In this document: one piece after another, positions 13,501-24,800 of the stretch
Layout of the letters: each line of letters opens with the position of its first letter
Position numbering within the stretch: the stretch's first letter is position 1
NCBI GenBank assembly: GCA_000708835.1
Contig: DF236991.1
Coordinates: 186,001 to 250,000 of the forward strand
DNA length: 64,000 nucleotides
Origin: Klebsormidium nitens
Taxonomy: Eukaryota; Plantae; Klebsormidiophyceae
Direction of reading: 5' to 3'
Translations under genes and position numbers: made by a program
The notes under the pieces: generated by a model
The model's database searches: none
What the model saw: the letters and a program-made list of their open reading frames with translations, nothing else
What the model was told of the DNA's origin: nothing

Positions 13501-16500
13501 CAGGCCCCTTCGAGATGGCCCGCATACCCAGCATCACCAGCAGCACCGGCAGCGGTGTCAATCGCCACGAGAGCCTCCCAGCAATGCCACCCATGACACC
13601 AAAAGCGGATCCGACCCTCGATCTCGCCACGACCAGCTCTCCCTCCAAAGGCCGGTCCCGTAGGACCAGCCTCGATTCGGCCACAACCCCTCCCGACCTC
13701 ACCGCAGATATTGCGGCTGCGCTTGCCTCCGGATATTCCGGCTGGTCGGGCGCATACGGACTCCAGGATCGGATTGGGGGGGTGAAGCTGTCGCGGGACG
13801 CCATTAACCCTGCGTCACTTGCGGCGGGCATCGAGAGGAGGATGAGCTCCGGGGGGATCACGCCCCAGCTGAGCGCTGAGGGCGACGAAGGGGGGCAACT
13901 AGAGGTGCGGGACGGGAAGACGAAGGACGAGATGCAGAAGGAGATCCGGAAGCAGCGGCGCAAGGGGCTGAACGAGACGATTCTGCAGCTCAAGGGGGGG
14001 GAGCTCGAGGGTGATCGGGGCAGGCGGCCGACCCCCCGGAGAAAGGTGCAGGAGGCGCGGAGGGCGCACGAGCAGAAACGGTCGTTCGAAGTGGAGGTGA
14101 CGGAGCTTCCGCCGGAAAAGGAGAAGAATCCGTTGGAGTCGTCGCACGAGAGTTTGAGCCCGAGCGGGAGCGGGCGGATGCAGTCCTCCAAGAGCCTGGC
14201 GCAACTGCCGATTGTTGGGTTTGCGACGATCAGGATCAGTGTCAAGGACACGGGGCCAGCCATAACCGAGGAGGAGCAGGTACGGGCTTTGAGACCAAGC
14301 CTCGCAGCTCAAGGGTGGATCCAAATGGGTCTGGGGTTCGATTCCTATTGCGCGGTTGCTATGAGGTTGCAAAGTAGTTCATTCCAGTGCTGAAATCTGA
14401 GACACTGTCGACATGGCCCTGTTGGTTTGGCACTGCTTCAAACGCCCCTCCTTATCTTAACGAACTTCTTGGGAATCACTTTCTGGTCAAGCATACGTCC
14501 TGCCTTATCGGCCCTACTAGTAGCAGGATTGTAACTGCAGGACAACCTGATCCGGAAAGCCCTTCTAGTGTACCCTGTCCCTTTCCTTGAGTCTTGAAGG
14601 GAGAGCTTCTTTGCTCCGTGCTGGTTGACTCGCGAGCCATACCATACTCGGTTCTGCCCAATCCTTACAGGAGAAGCTCTTCGAGCCATACTCGCGTATT
14701 GCCACGGGGTGCATGCAGCGCGCAGGCGTCTCGACACTGGGCCTCAGCCTTGCCAAGCGCTTCGTCCGTCAGGTAAGAAGACCTGAATTCTCCCGTATAC
14801 TTTCGAAGTGTCAGAATCTGCGACGAGCTTGCTTGCTGTAGAGTGCTCGAAGATGCACCTCGTGGAATGCTCTTTGCTGCGTCGATCTTGCTTTTGCAAA
14901 AGGAGAAGGCGAGGCTCTTGAAGTCGTAGCTCGTCTTTGGCCGGTTCAAGTCGGGCCCATTGAAGCTCTCCCGAGAGCTTTGAAGTCAGCTGAGCGCAGT
15001 CCAGCGTTCTTCGTTGGTCAAGCAATTTGCATCGTCCTACGGAAGGTGGGTCTTTGGTTTGGTTACGTGTTCAAACATCTGCGTCATCGAGTTTGCCACT
15101 CTGAAATGAGCCGATGAGTTTAAAGTTTCCATCGTTAAGATGGCAATGACTGCACGCCGGGCTTGTTCATCCTGGCCCTTTCTGGATCAGGTTGGGGGCT
15201 CCATTGGCGTTTACTCCCAACATACATCCAGGGACCATGAAGAATCTTCGCAAGAAACCTCCCAACAAAACCAGCAAGAAGCACCGGTCAGATTTCTTAG
15301 TAGCAGCCGCGTTTTGCTGGCATGATCTAGCAACTGCCTGAAATCAGCTACGGCACGGCCGTCCGTGTCCGCTTTGGACCCGTTCCGGCCGGAATCCGCT
15401 GCATATTCGAGCACCTGGAGCCTTGCGTTTTCGTTTTTGCAGGTCTTTTCTTCTTACAGGCCGATATCCACAAAGCTGACGGCCTACCACTTATGTCGGC
15501 GACCTCCTTCCAGTAAACCACGCCCGCTCGGTCGCCCATCCTGCCGAACTCAAGCCGACTCCGACCAACATATCAACCGACATCAACACAGCTAACACTT
15601 ACTAACAACCACACTGGCCAGAGATTGAACTCCGTATCATATCTCTTGTCACAGGTCGGGGGCTCCATTGGCGTTGATACCCAGACGCCCAACGGCAACT
15701 GCTTCTGGTTCTCCGTTCCGTTTCCGCTCGTGGCCGAGGACGAGACCGCCAACGACTCGACAGCCTCCCTCGCGAGCTCGGACGTCGAGAAAACGTCCGA
15801 TCCCGGGAGTAGCGAGGCGGGCCCTCCTGCGACCCCGCCTCAGGGGATGGACGCGCAGAACGAGGTCCACCGCGCGTTCACCGAGAAGCTTGCGAAGAAG
15901 CTCAGCGGGGGAACGCAGGTAGGGCCATGCGCAGAGTGTATTCTGCTCTAATTTACAGCGTGTTGTGGGGAGGTTTGTTAATCGTCCGTACGTCAGTACA
16001 CATGGGGGCCTTTACAGCTATATCCGGGAAGATTGTTGACTTTCCGTATGTTAATTCACATGGGGGCCTTTATTCTCCACTCGCGACTCAGAACGTTAGA
16101 TGTCATTTGCCTGTCAAAGCAGGAGATTTGGTGCACGCTGACGTCTCGAGGGTTGAGGATTGATGAACTGTAAGTGCCAATTGCTTCCAGTCTGTTATCC
16201 AGCGGCCGAAATGGACGATTCTGCGTGCTGTGCCAAATTACGAGAGGGTCGACTCCATTTGAGACTTTGAGCGGGAACTTGGGGCTATGCGAAGCAGACG
16301 TTTGGTTTTCAATTCGCATATCAGGTCAAGTGCTACTTTTCGGACACCAGATGGATATTTCATTGGAGTTCACGTCCCTTGCGTAAGGAAAGACGTCGGC
16401 AGGTGGGCGTGCGCTGCATCAAACCGTCGGCCGGTCGCTGAGCGGGAGCTTTCGTGGCGACTTCAAGCAAGCATCAGAAGCTACGATTGTAATGCGCAAG

Positions 16501-19381
16501 ATGATATTTGCAGATTACCCTCAATCCTTGCAGGCAAAAGTTTTGGCGGTCGGGCGCGCGCTGCATTCAGCGATCAGCCGGTCGCTGAGCGGGAGCTTGC
16601 CCGTCGATCTGGAACAAACGCCAGAAGCGACGATCTCAAACACAAAATTCCGAATTCCTAACATCTTCAAGTTTCGTAAACCTCCAGACTTTCGAAACAC
16701 GAACCTTGGTGCAGACAAAAACGTCGGCGGTCGGGCGGGCGCTGCATCAAATCGTCAGCCGATCGCCGGGCGGCTGCTTGCGGGGCTGTGCCAGGAGCTA
16801 CGGCTTTAATAATTACATCTGAAAACTTGTAGCTTTTCACACTTCTGACACCATGAAATCTTGATGCAGACAAATACGTCGGCGGTCGGGCGAACGCTAC
16901 ATCAAGCGATCAGCGGGTCGCTGAGTGGGAGCTTGCGCGGCGACTTGAAACAAACGCCATAAGCGACGATCCCTCTCAAATCGAACTTCTGAAGTCGGAA
17001 CATTTCCAGAAACCTTCAGATTCTTGATACACGAATCCTGATGCAGACAAAAACCTCGGCAGTCGGTCGGGCGCTGCATCAAGCGATCAGCCGGTCTTTG
17101 AGCGGGAGCTTGCGAGGTGACTTGGAGCAGATGTCGGAGCTGCGGCGGCAGCTGAGCGTCGAGAAGGAAGAGAGCGATCAGGAAAAGACGCAGGCGGAGA
17201 AAGACGCAAACGACAGCAAGCGCAAGGTGCTGCTCGTCGAAGACACCGAGATCAACAGGGTGAGTGACAACTATCAGTCTTTGGGCGTGCTTACCTCATT
17301 GTGGATTTTCGTTCTACTCAGGTAGGGGTTCCTAGGTTCTATCGTAGAGAGGTCACGCAGAACGCAAGGTGCTTTGGTAGAAGGTATTCAAACCGGCGAG
17401 TTGCGTCTTTGGGCACTTTCCGTCCGATATGTTCTCTTGTCCGTCTCTGGGCGTTCCTTTTCCCATATTCCCTTGTATTCAGTGTTGGGAGGTGAGGCGA
17501 AGTGCAATTCTAAGCAGGGTTTTACCAAAACCACGGGTGTCCCATGTAGCCTGAAACCGGGAAGCTTAGTACAGCGGACGTGTGTTCGCTGGTTATGTAG
17601 AATTCAACCAGCTTTCCGACATGCCATAGCGCCCAACGGCGCTGAGCTTTTGAGGCCAGCACACAAAGCTTCATCAAGACTCTGCGAGATTGAGGGTAAA
17701 CTATAGCACGTCGTCGTAACGGCCCCTCAAACGCTTATAGCCTATCCTTCCGACACTCATATCGTATGCTCCGTGCAGATCATCATGCGCAAGGTGCTGC
17801 AGAACTTGGGCCTGCTGTGCGACGAGGCAGAGAACGGCAAGGTCGCGGTGGATCTGCTCAAGCAGGGGCGCAACTACGACCTCATTCTCATGGACAAGGA
17901 AATGCCCGTGATGGTACGTGCTTTTTAGAACCCTAAAACCCTAAAATCCTAAAACCCTAAAACCCTAAATATTTTGAGGCTTCTGTTCTTTGTCGGGTTC
18001 AGAGATTCAGCGAGTCAGGGTTTCGTAATCATCTCAGAATTGTAGCGATCCAGGGTCTTGGGGTGTCTCCTCTATCATTTCCCTCTCTTGCTTCCTAACT
18101 CTCTTCGTGAATCTTACCTTTTCTTATTCGTGACAGTCTTTCTATCATCGTGTGAGTCCTTTGCTCGTATCTTTTTCCCCGGTCCCGTCCATGGCTTTCA
18201 AGCTTTGACCACGCGAACGATGTTTTAGTACAAACGGCGGTTTTGCTAGGACCTTGGCACCAGATCTGAGCCCTCCATAGAATGATTTGGATTCGGGATT
18301 ATGCCGTTCAGGCTGAGTTCGTTTCAAAGCCTGGTTCCGCTCAAGCCGAGTCCGCTCAAACAGAGTCCGTTTCCGTTCGTCACAGGACGGCCACGAGGAG
18401 AGCCGGTCCGCGCCTGCTCAGGCTGACTTCGCTTTGAAATGGGTCCGCTCAGGCTGAGTCCGCTCACAATTTGTATCCGTTCCGCTCGTTTCAGGACGGT
18501 CACGAGGCGACGCGGCTTCTCCGCCAGATGGGTGTGAAAACGCCCATTATCGCGCTCACTGGGAATGCGCTCAAGTCCGACCGGGAGCTCTTTTTCAAGG
18601 CCGGGGTGGACGAGTTTCAAACCAAGGTGAGGGCCCCTTCACACTTTTGCTGAAATCGGTTTGGAACACCAGATTATGGATCTTCAATCTGAAACGAGCG
18701 CCCTTTCACTTCCTCAAAGACTTAAGTCCGACGCAGCATCCTTTCGTCGGACGGCTTCCCAGTCTAATCACTTTATTCATGTGGGATCCCCTTCTGGACT
18801 TTGAGGTCGTTCCAAACGGCATCCCCTAAGCTTGCTGCGAGAGCTTTTCGTCGTGCGAAATCTCGTGCCGATCTCAACCTGACCCACGCTGTGCCTGCTT
18901 CGAGCTTTCTCGGTTGTAAGCATATACATTTCTTGACGTGATCCAGCAGGCTTGCCTGGAATCATGGGCACTCGTGCCTCATTGTTGCGTTGTCATTTAC
19001 AAAGCATGCCCCAGCGGTGGGGAGTCTTTTTAGCATGCCGAGTTCTTAAAAGGATCGCGAGTAAGAAACCAAGTCCTGGTATGGGGCTCTAGAAGAGCTT
19101 GATCATGCGGACCACGAGTTGCGTGCTGGCCTTTTTGGGTTCATGCTAGTCGCAGACGTTTGGGCTCGATATGCGTGCTCGGCGGAAATGTTGTATGGCG
19201 GGGAACGTTGCTTTGCTGAAAGCCCATCTCGTCTTTACAGCCGCTCTCCCGTGACAAGCTAGTGCATCTGCTTGTGCGACTTGGCTGGAAAAAGGAGCAG
19301 CTTGGGAAGGGGGAGGGAAACGTGTTTAGTCCCAAAGCGCCTCCTCGCAAAGCGGCTGGGACTGTTGCAAAAGCTAATTAG
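7557..19381 (+). CDS. Membrane-bound hybrid histidine kinase (2 TM - HisKA - HATPase_c - receiver), about 1382 aa, 13 coding exons
   Basis: Exons 7557-8801, 9627-9759, 10363-10512, 11238-11405, 11891-12186, 12432-12825, 13504-14279, 14671-14772, 15655-15918, 17047-17259, 17779-17913, 18495-18626 and 19241-19381 are all GT-AG and phase-consistent (4149 nt). H-box FMAYVFHNIRVPFNAIVLG; N-box QFLSNAVKLTP; G1 VKDTGPAI; F-box LFEPY; G2 GVSTLGLS; GGSIGV...FWFSVP. Receiver: VLLVEDTEINR...YDLILMDKEMPVMDGHEATR...PIIALTGNA...GVDEFQTKP. Two hydrophobic helices near the end of exon 1. Confidence 0.93.
15184..15325 (+). other. Candidate alternative terminal exon of the histidine kinase (duplicate of the exon-9 acceptor and first codons)
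   Basis: cag|GTT GGG GGC TCC ATT GGC GTT TAC TCC CAA at 15191 versus cag|GTC GGG GGC TCC ATT GGC GTT GAT ACC CAG at 15655. Same phase, open for 44 codons to TGA at 15323-15325. Confidence 0.55.
16385..17110 (+). repeat. Tandem degenerate copies of the kinase exon-10 acceptor plus 5' exon (4 echoes plus the true exon)
   Basis: Motif gcag|ACAAAAACxTCGGCGGTCGGGCG..GCTGCATCAAGCGATCAGCCGGTCGCTGAGCGGGAGCTTGCG near 16391 (acceptor decayed) and with AG ending at 16533, 16714, 16869 and 17046 (true). Confidence 0.9.
17931..17970. repeat. Interstitial telomere-type repeat (CCCTAAAA)x5 = TTTTAGGG in a kinase intron
   Basis: ccctaaaa ccctaaaa tcctaaaa ccctaaaa ccctaaat, starting 18 bp after the exon-11 donor. 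Confidence 0.85.
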
Positions 19382-21883
19382 ATATTGCGTGCTGGTCTGC
19401 TCAACACCGCACATTGCTGGCTTCCATTTAGTAGGTGGATCATGTAGAGGTTCAGTCGAAGGGAGATGACGTCTCACGGTAGAGCCCGTTGCTTGATGCA
19501 GCCCTTGACCCGCGACAGACTAGTCCATTTGATGGTGCGCTATGGGTTGGAAAACAGAGGTTCCACATAGCGCCGCATTCGTTGGCCTGAGCCGTCCGGT
19601 TGGTTGTAGGAGGTGCGGATGGAGACTTCCAATTTCGAAGGCGTTCTTAGAACGCTGTCGTAGGCTAGGTGTCCAAGCTAATGCATGCACGCAGTTCGAC
19701 AGTGAGCTCCCGCGGATAGGGGTCACAGGTCTGAGTCTGGTTAGGCACTGGCTCGCGCAAGTTTTCCGTTTGATGGACCGCCTAACCCATCTGGTGGCGT
19801 AGCCACGGTCATATGGTAGACAACCTTAATCTTGCCTTTCATTGCTCTTTTCTTCAAGAGGTTTGGACGTCCCTCAGTCTGGCTCATTACCCCATTGTTG
19901 GGCCACTTAATGATTGACAAACCATAAGGAACCTGGAGCGTTGGGAATCAGTGAAAGGTGGGACAGTTGGTTGTGTCTTTGTCGGACGGTCAGGACTTCT
20001 CGACAATTGACTTGGCAAGACGGTGATTTGCCTTGTTGTTCATAGCTGTACTAGGCTGGGTTCCGATCTTGCGCATGCCATTGTAGTCACTAAAATGCGG
20101 CCGGCGTCATATGTTGTCTATCCGATAAGAACTCATTACCTTTTGGCTGCAGCACCGCATGGTATTCTGCGCGGCCTGCGGTGCCTCGTCAGACTCTTGA
20201 GGTTCGTGCGGCTAATTGAATCATATTGAAGACCTCGGCCGCTGTCATGGTTGTACGATTTGTATGCCAATCCATTCATACGGATCGTACAGAATTCGTG
20301 CTAGTGCGCATGTTTCATGTTTGAGTCAGTCACCGTACGTCTGGCTGCATGACCGGATACGTACCCATCATTGCCAGGCAAACATTGCATGGTATCTAAT
20401 ATTCTCTTTACTCATGCAAACGCCGTAGCCACCATTGGGCTGGCATAGGCTTCCATGCATGGCATACTTATAAGGGATCGATGTTTCAGTTTTGAATCTA
20501 GCAGGCTAGGCTCGGCTGGCTATCATTATCTTACCAAGTCAAATCAAGCGTAAGCTTAGTAAGTTGGGGCCTGGCGCACGTACCAAACCTAGTCTTACAA
20601 CAACTTGCGGGTCCATTGTATTTAAACGTAGCTAGCTAGACCGGGCCCGGCCGGCAGCTACTACCTACTTACTACTACTAACTTCTTAGGTTAGCCTGGA
20701 GTTATAGCCTAGGATTACGTAACTTACAACATTGAATTGGAATGATCGAGCTCAGAAGGCATTGTTTGCTAGTCGTATATGCAATGCAACGAGCATATGT
20801 CGGGCTGGATTGTGTCGAGTCGGAATCATGTCCGGCACTTGCTGGTGAGTGGTGACTGACTAGAGTAGGCAGAAATCCCAGACCAGGCTAGGCTGTAGCC
20901 CAGTGCACCATGTGAGACAGTGAAGAAGAAAGAAGTGAAGCTAGGCTTCATTCTTTCTTTTGTGCAGTCAAAAGTCTGATATGGGGCGGCATTCTTGAGC
21001 TCATGCAAACCGTACGATGGGCAGAAGTCAGTCTCAACTCGGTTACCATGTGTGGTATGACATGTGAAGTGTGAATGGGGAAACGCATGCGGCTCTGAGT
21101 TCTGTGGTGTGCTGCGAGCGGAGGCTAACATAACATGGGGCGGTGCGGCCGCGACACGCCCGTTGACATAGAGTAGCCGAGATGGATAGGCCAGATGAGG
21201 TTTAGCGCGACACATATACCTACGCTCATGCGACTCACGGGCCTGCATGCTGAGTCGCGCGCAGCGGGGCGGGCGCAATGAACGTGTGATTCAGCGCACT
21301 GCATGCCATATGATGATCTCCGAGTCCAATTGGTATTGTGCGTACATGGCGGCCAGCTCGAGTACGACGGAGGCTCAGCGGTTGGAGCTCATGCAGTGAC
21401 GCATGGGAATCTTCGTAACGGTGAATGAGCTAGCACGGTTGCACATTATGGACTTGACGATGGACAACAATCATTGAATTGAATAAAGCGCTGCACGCTG
21501 CTTTGAGATTGAGCATGGCATTCCCTATCGATCAAAGCATTCATTTATCTACGCCAAGCCTATGACGAGGCTGAGTCGAAAATGCACATCTTGTAAATGC
21601 ACAATCAGAAGGAGTGTGGCAGTGTCGGATCCAGCATTGCAGACTCAAGTTGGCAGCGCGCAGGTGCACCGAAGGAGACTCGTGGGCAGCCCAAGGCCGG
21701 ACTCGGTCTTATTCAGCATGATGCCGTGCTCGCAAAGCGTGTCAGGAATATCCCAATGGTGTGTAGTGTAGTGTTTATAGGCCAGCATCTTATAAGAAGA
21801 AAGAGACGATCCTCGGCGGTTGCATGCGACAGTGGTAGAGCAGAGGGCTCGGAGGTGCCGCTGGCCGGATCCACTTTCAGCCT

Positions 21884-24800
21884 CTACCCCAAAGACCACG
21901 AGTGCACTTTCGCGGGTGGTCCAAACTCGTCAAGCATTGCTCTCATCTCTGCTGCGGCATGCACGTCTTTCGCAAGGATCAGCGCAAAGCCGCCCCCTCC
22001 TGCCCCCAGCAACTTGTGCCCAACGCTCAAGTGGTCCACCAAGGAGAACAACCTGCATTGGCAGCCGATTAAGTTCTGGTTTGAGAAAGTGCCTTCGACC
22101 TCCCTTGAGTCAGCACGTAGATTTCTGCGCTTCGGCCCTGTTTAAAATTTGCGAATTGAATACTCGGCTCAGCACGTTCCTCGCTGCTCGTCGGCTGTGT
22201 CCTTGAATTCGTGTGGGATTATGAGCACTAAAAGAGCATCGTCCGTTGGGTCGTGTCGCATAAGAAGCATACCCGGGCACCGTGCGGAAAGGCAAACGCA
22301 GACGGCTTCTGAACCAAGACCTTTCGCTTCCGCTTCCAACCTGAAAGGGTGAAACCCGGTACATGCGGTTTCCAAGCCCAAACTTTCTTACTGGCCGAGC
22401 CAAGGGTGCGTAGAACTAACCCCGGAACATCGAGTGCCCTCAACACGTACCAGAAAGTGATATAGTAGTCTTTAAGGAGGGCAGGAAGCACGACTCGTCT
22501 GCGATGAGGGTAAAGTGAGAGCACCAAAGTCCGGGATCGTATGTAATCTCTCAAATGGCGCGCCAGGCCGAATGTCGACGACGACGTCATAACATCGACA
22601 CTTTTCAAGAGTGACGCCGTCAACTTGGCGGGGATTGCTTTAGCCATAAAATCGTCAAAAACCACGCGCCCGAGGCCCGCTCCAGTGAAGGCCCGATCCC
22701 CGAAAAGCTGGAACATGCCATAGGTTTTTGCAAGTTAAAGCTTAAAGACTAGGTCTAAAGACCAAAAAGTATGAGAACAGCAAAGCAGAACCGAGCTCAC
22801 CGCTCCACATCCGGGTTACTGCAGTGAGGGTCCAGTTCTTGATGCAGACCCCAGGTTTCCGACATCACCGCCCCCAACGCAGTCAAGTCCCCAGTCGCAA
22901 GGGCCTTTTGGCCCGCCGTTGCGAGCTCTGTTAGGCGCCGCACGCTGGCGATTGCTCGCGCGTCTCGCCGCAAATACCTGACGAGAAACGACCATCGATC
23001 AGCAGGACTCAACGTCCAAAGACAGCGAGGAACGAATTGCGACGACATTTGACAGAAGGATCGAGCACCACGCAACGTCGGACGTTCTTATCCGAAAACA
23101 ATGCAACTCCAGACGGGCTTCTCCTCCTCTCCTCGTTACATTTTGCGGATGTACTTGCGGTCCTACAAAAAACCGCCAAGTTCGGTTCCTATCTCAGTTC
23201 CTATCTCGGTTCCTAAAACACTATCCCAGGAAAACTTGGGAGCACAATTGTATCTGCCCAACACTCTCTTCAACGCGTTCCGGTTTGCCGAACCTCTGGT
23301 ATCAAAGAGCACCACACGAATCTGACTACCTTGCTTCAGGACGAGCAGCTTCTGAATTCAAGAGCTTGTTTAGATCTGCCCACCGCCTTCGAATAAACGG
23401 TCGTGGCTATCCGACAGGAAGAAGACGAGAACAAAGTAACCTCCCGCTTTTCTTCCTGGTTCATGCTTCGAAAGCAAAGAATGAACAAACAAAGAGCTTA
23501 CTCTCACCTCATGACCACCTTCTGCTGATGACGCGACACTTTAGGAATAGTAAGCATTAGGAATAGCAAGCTTTAGGAATAGTAAGGTCAACCAAACCCT
23601 TAAATGTGACGCTATAGAAGTTACCCGCTCCGCACCCGAACCCACCCTAAAACCCAGACCAACCCTTCCCGTCCCAGGCTGATCTTACCTTCCTAAAGCT
23701 TACTAGTCCTAGGGTGTCCCTCGACCTTCTGCTGAATGTTCGTGGCTAGGCGAACCTTGCTGGTGCGTATCCGCATTTACTCTCTCCCCCTTTCCTGTCC
23801 AGTCATCTTGGAGGAGCAAAAATAAACGGACGGAGGGGTTGTTCTCACCTGCCCTTCTGCGACACATTCTTGGCCATCCGAACCCTCCCGGTGAAAACAA
23901 GCACCCAACCAATGATACCTCCTTCAAAAACCGAAGAACAAATGGACGAGGGGCGTATTCTCACCTGCCCACCACCTTCCACAACACGTTCCTGGCCAGC
24001 CAGACCTTTTCCGGTGGGAACAAGCACCTGATCCTTAAAATCCCTTTTCTCTAATGGATTCAACTAAGTAAAGGCAATGTACATTCATGACTAACGACGA
24101 GCGTATTCTCACCTGCCCACGAATCTGCAACAACGCTCCTGGCCAGCCGTACCTTACCATCGTTTATGGCGTGACTTCCTCTGAGATCAGCGAAAGAGAT
24201 TAACTTCGACACATTCAACCGATTCAAATGTCTCGACAAACAAGTTCCGACAAAGGGAGAGCTTATTCTCACCTGCCCACCACATTCTGCGACACGTTCC
24301 TGGCCAGCCGACTTTTCCTGGTGAAAACAAGCGGATAACAATCCCCGGATTGTTCTGTCTAACCTATCTTTCTTTCTCATCCTTCGAAAGCAAAGATTGA
24401 CGAACGATAAGCTTATTTTCACCTGCCCACCACCTTCTGCAACATGTGCCTGGCCAGTCGAAATTGTTCGGTGATTACGTGCACCCGTATTCCCTAGTAC
24501 GTCCTTCAAAAGCGAAAGCACTGAACGAAGGGGCTTATTCTCACCTGCCCACCACCTTCTGCAACACGTTCCTGGCCAGCCGGACTTTTCCGGTGAAAAC
24601 GAGCACCCAGAATTTTAAAAAATCCCTTCTGAATCATCCTTCCGAAACCAGAGAGTGAACTAACAAGGAGCCTATTCTCACCTGCCCACCACCTTCTGCA
24701 ACACGTTCCTGGCCAGCCGGACCTTCCCGGTGAAAACGAGCACCAGGCGCGACTCCAACTCGTGCCGCAGCGCGGGGAGCAGCGGCACTTCCTCCACGAC

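Noticed and set aside
22228-22716. 162-aa minus-strand ORF inside the last FKGP intron
   Set aside because: No recognisable motif, not in phase with the flanking exons, and the true last exon (GAGGGGF) is at 22052-21884. A few ORFs of this length are expected by chance in 64 kb.
23840-24745. Regularly spaced repeats resembling a CRISPR array (also 59100-60300 and 40650-41450)
   Set aside because: The context is eukaryotic and intronic, the units are degenerate copies of the adjacent exon, the spacers are partly homologous, and there are no cas genes.
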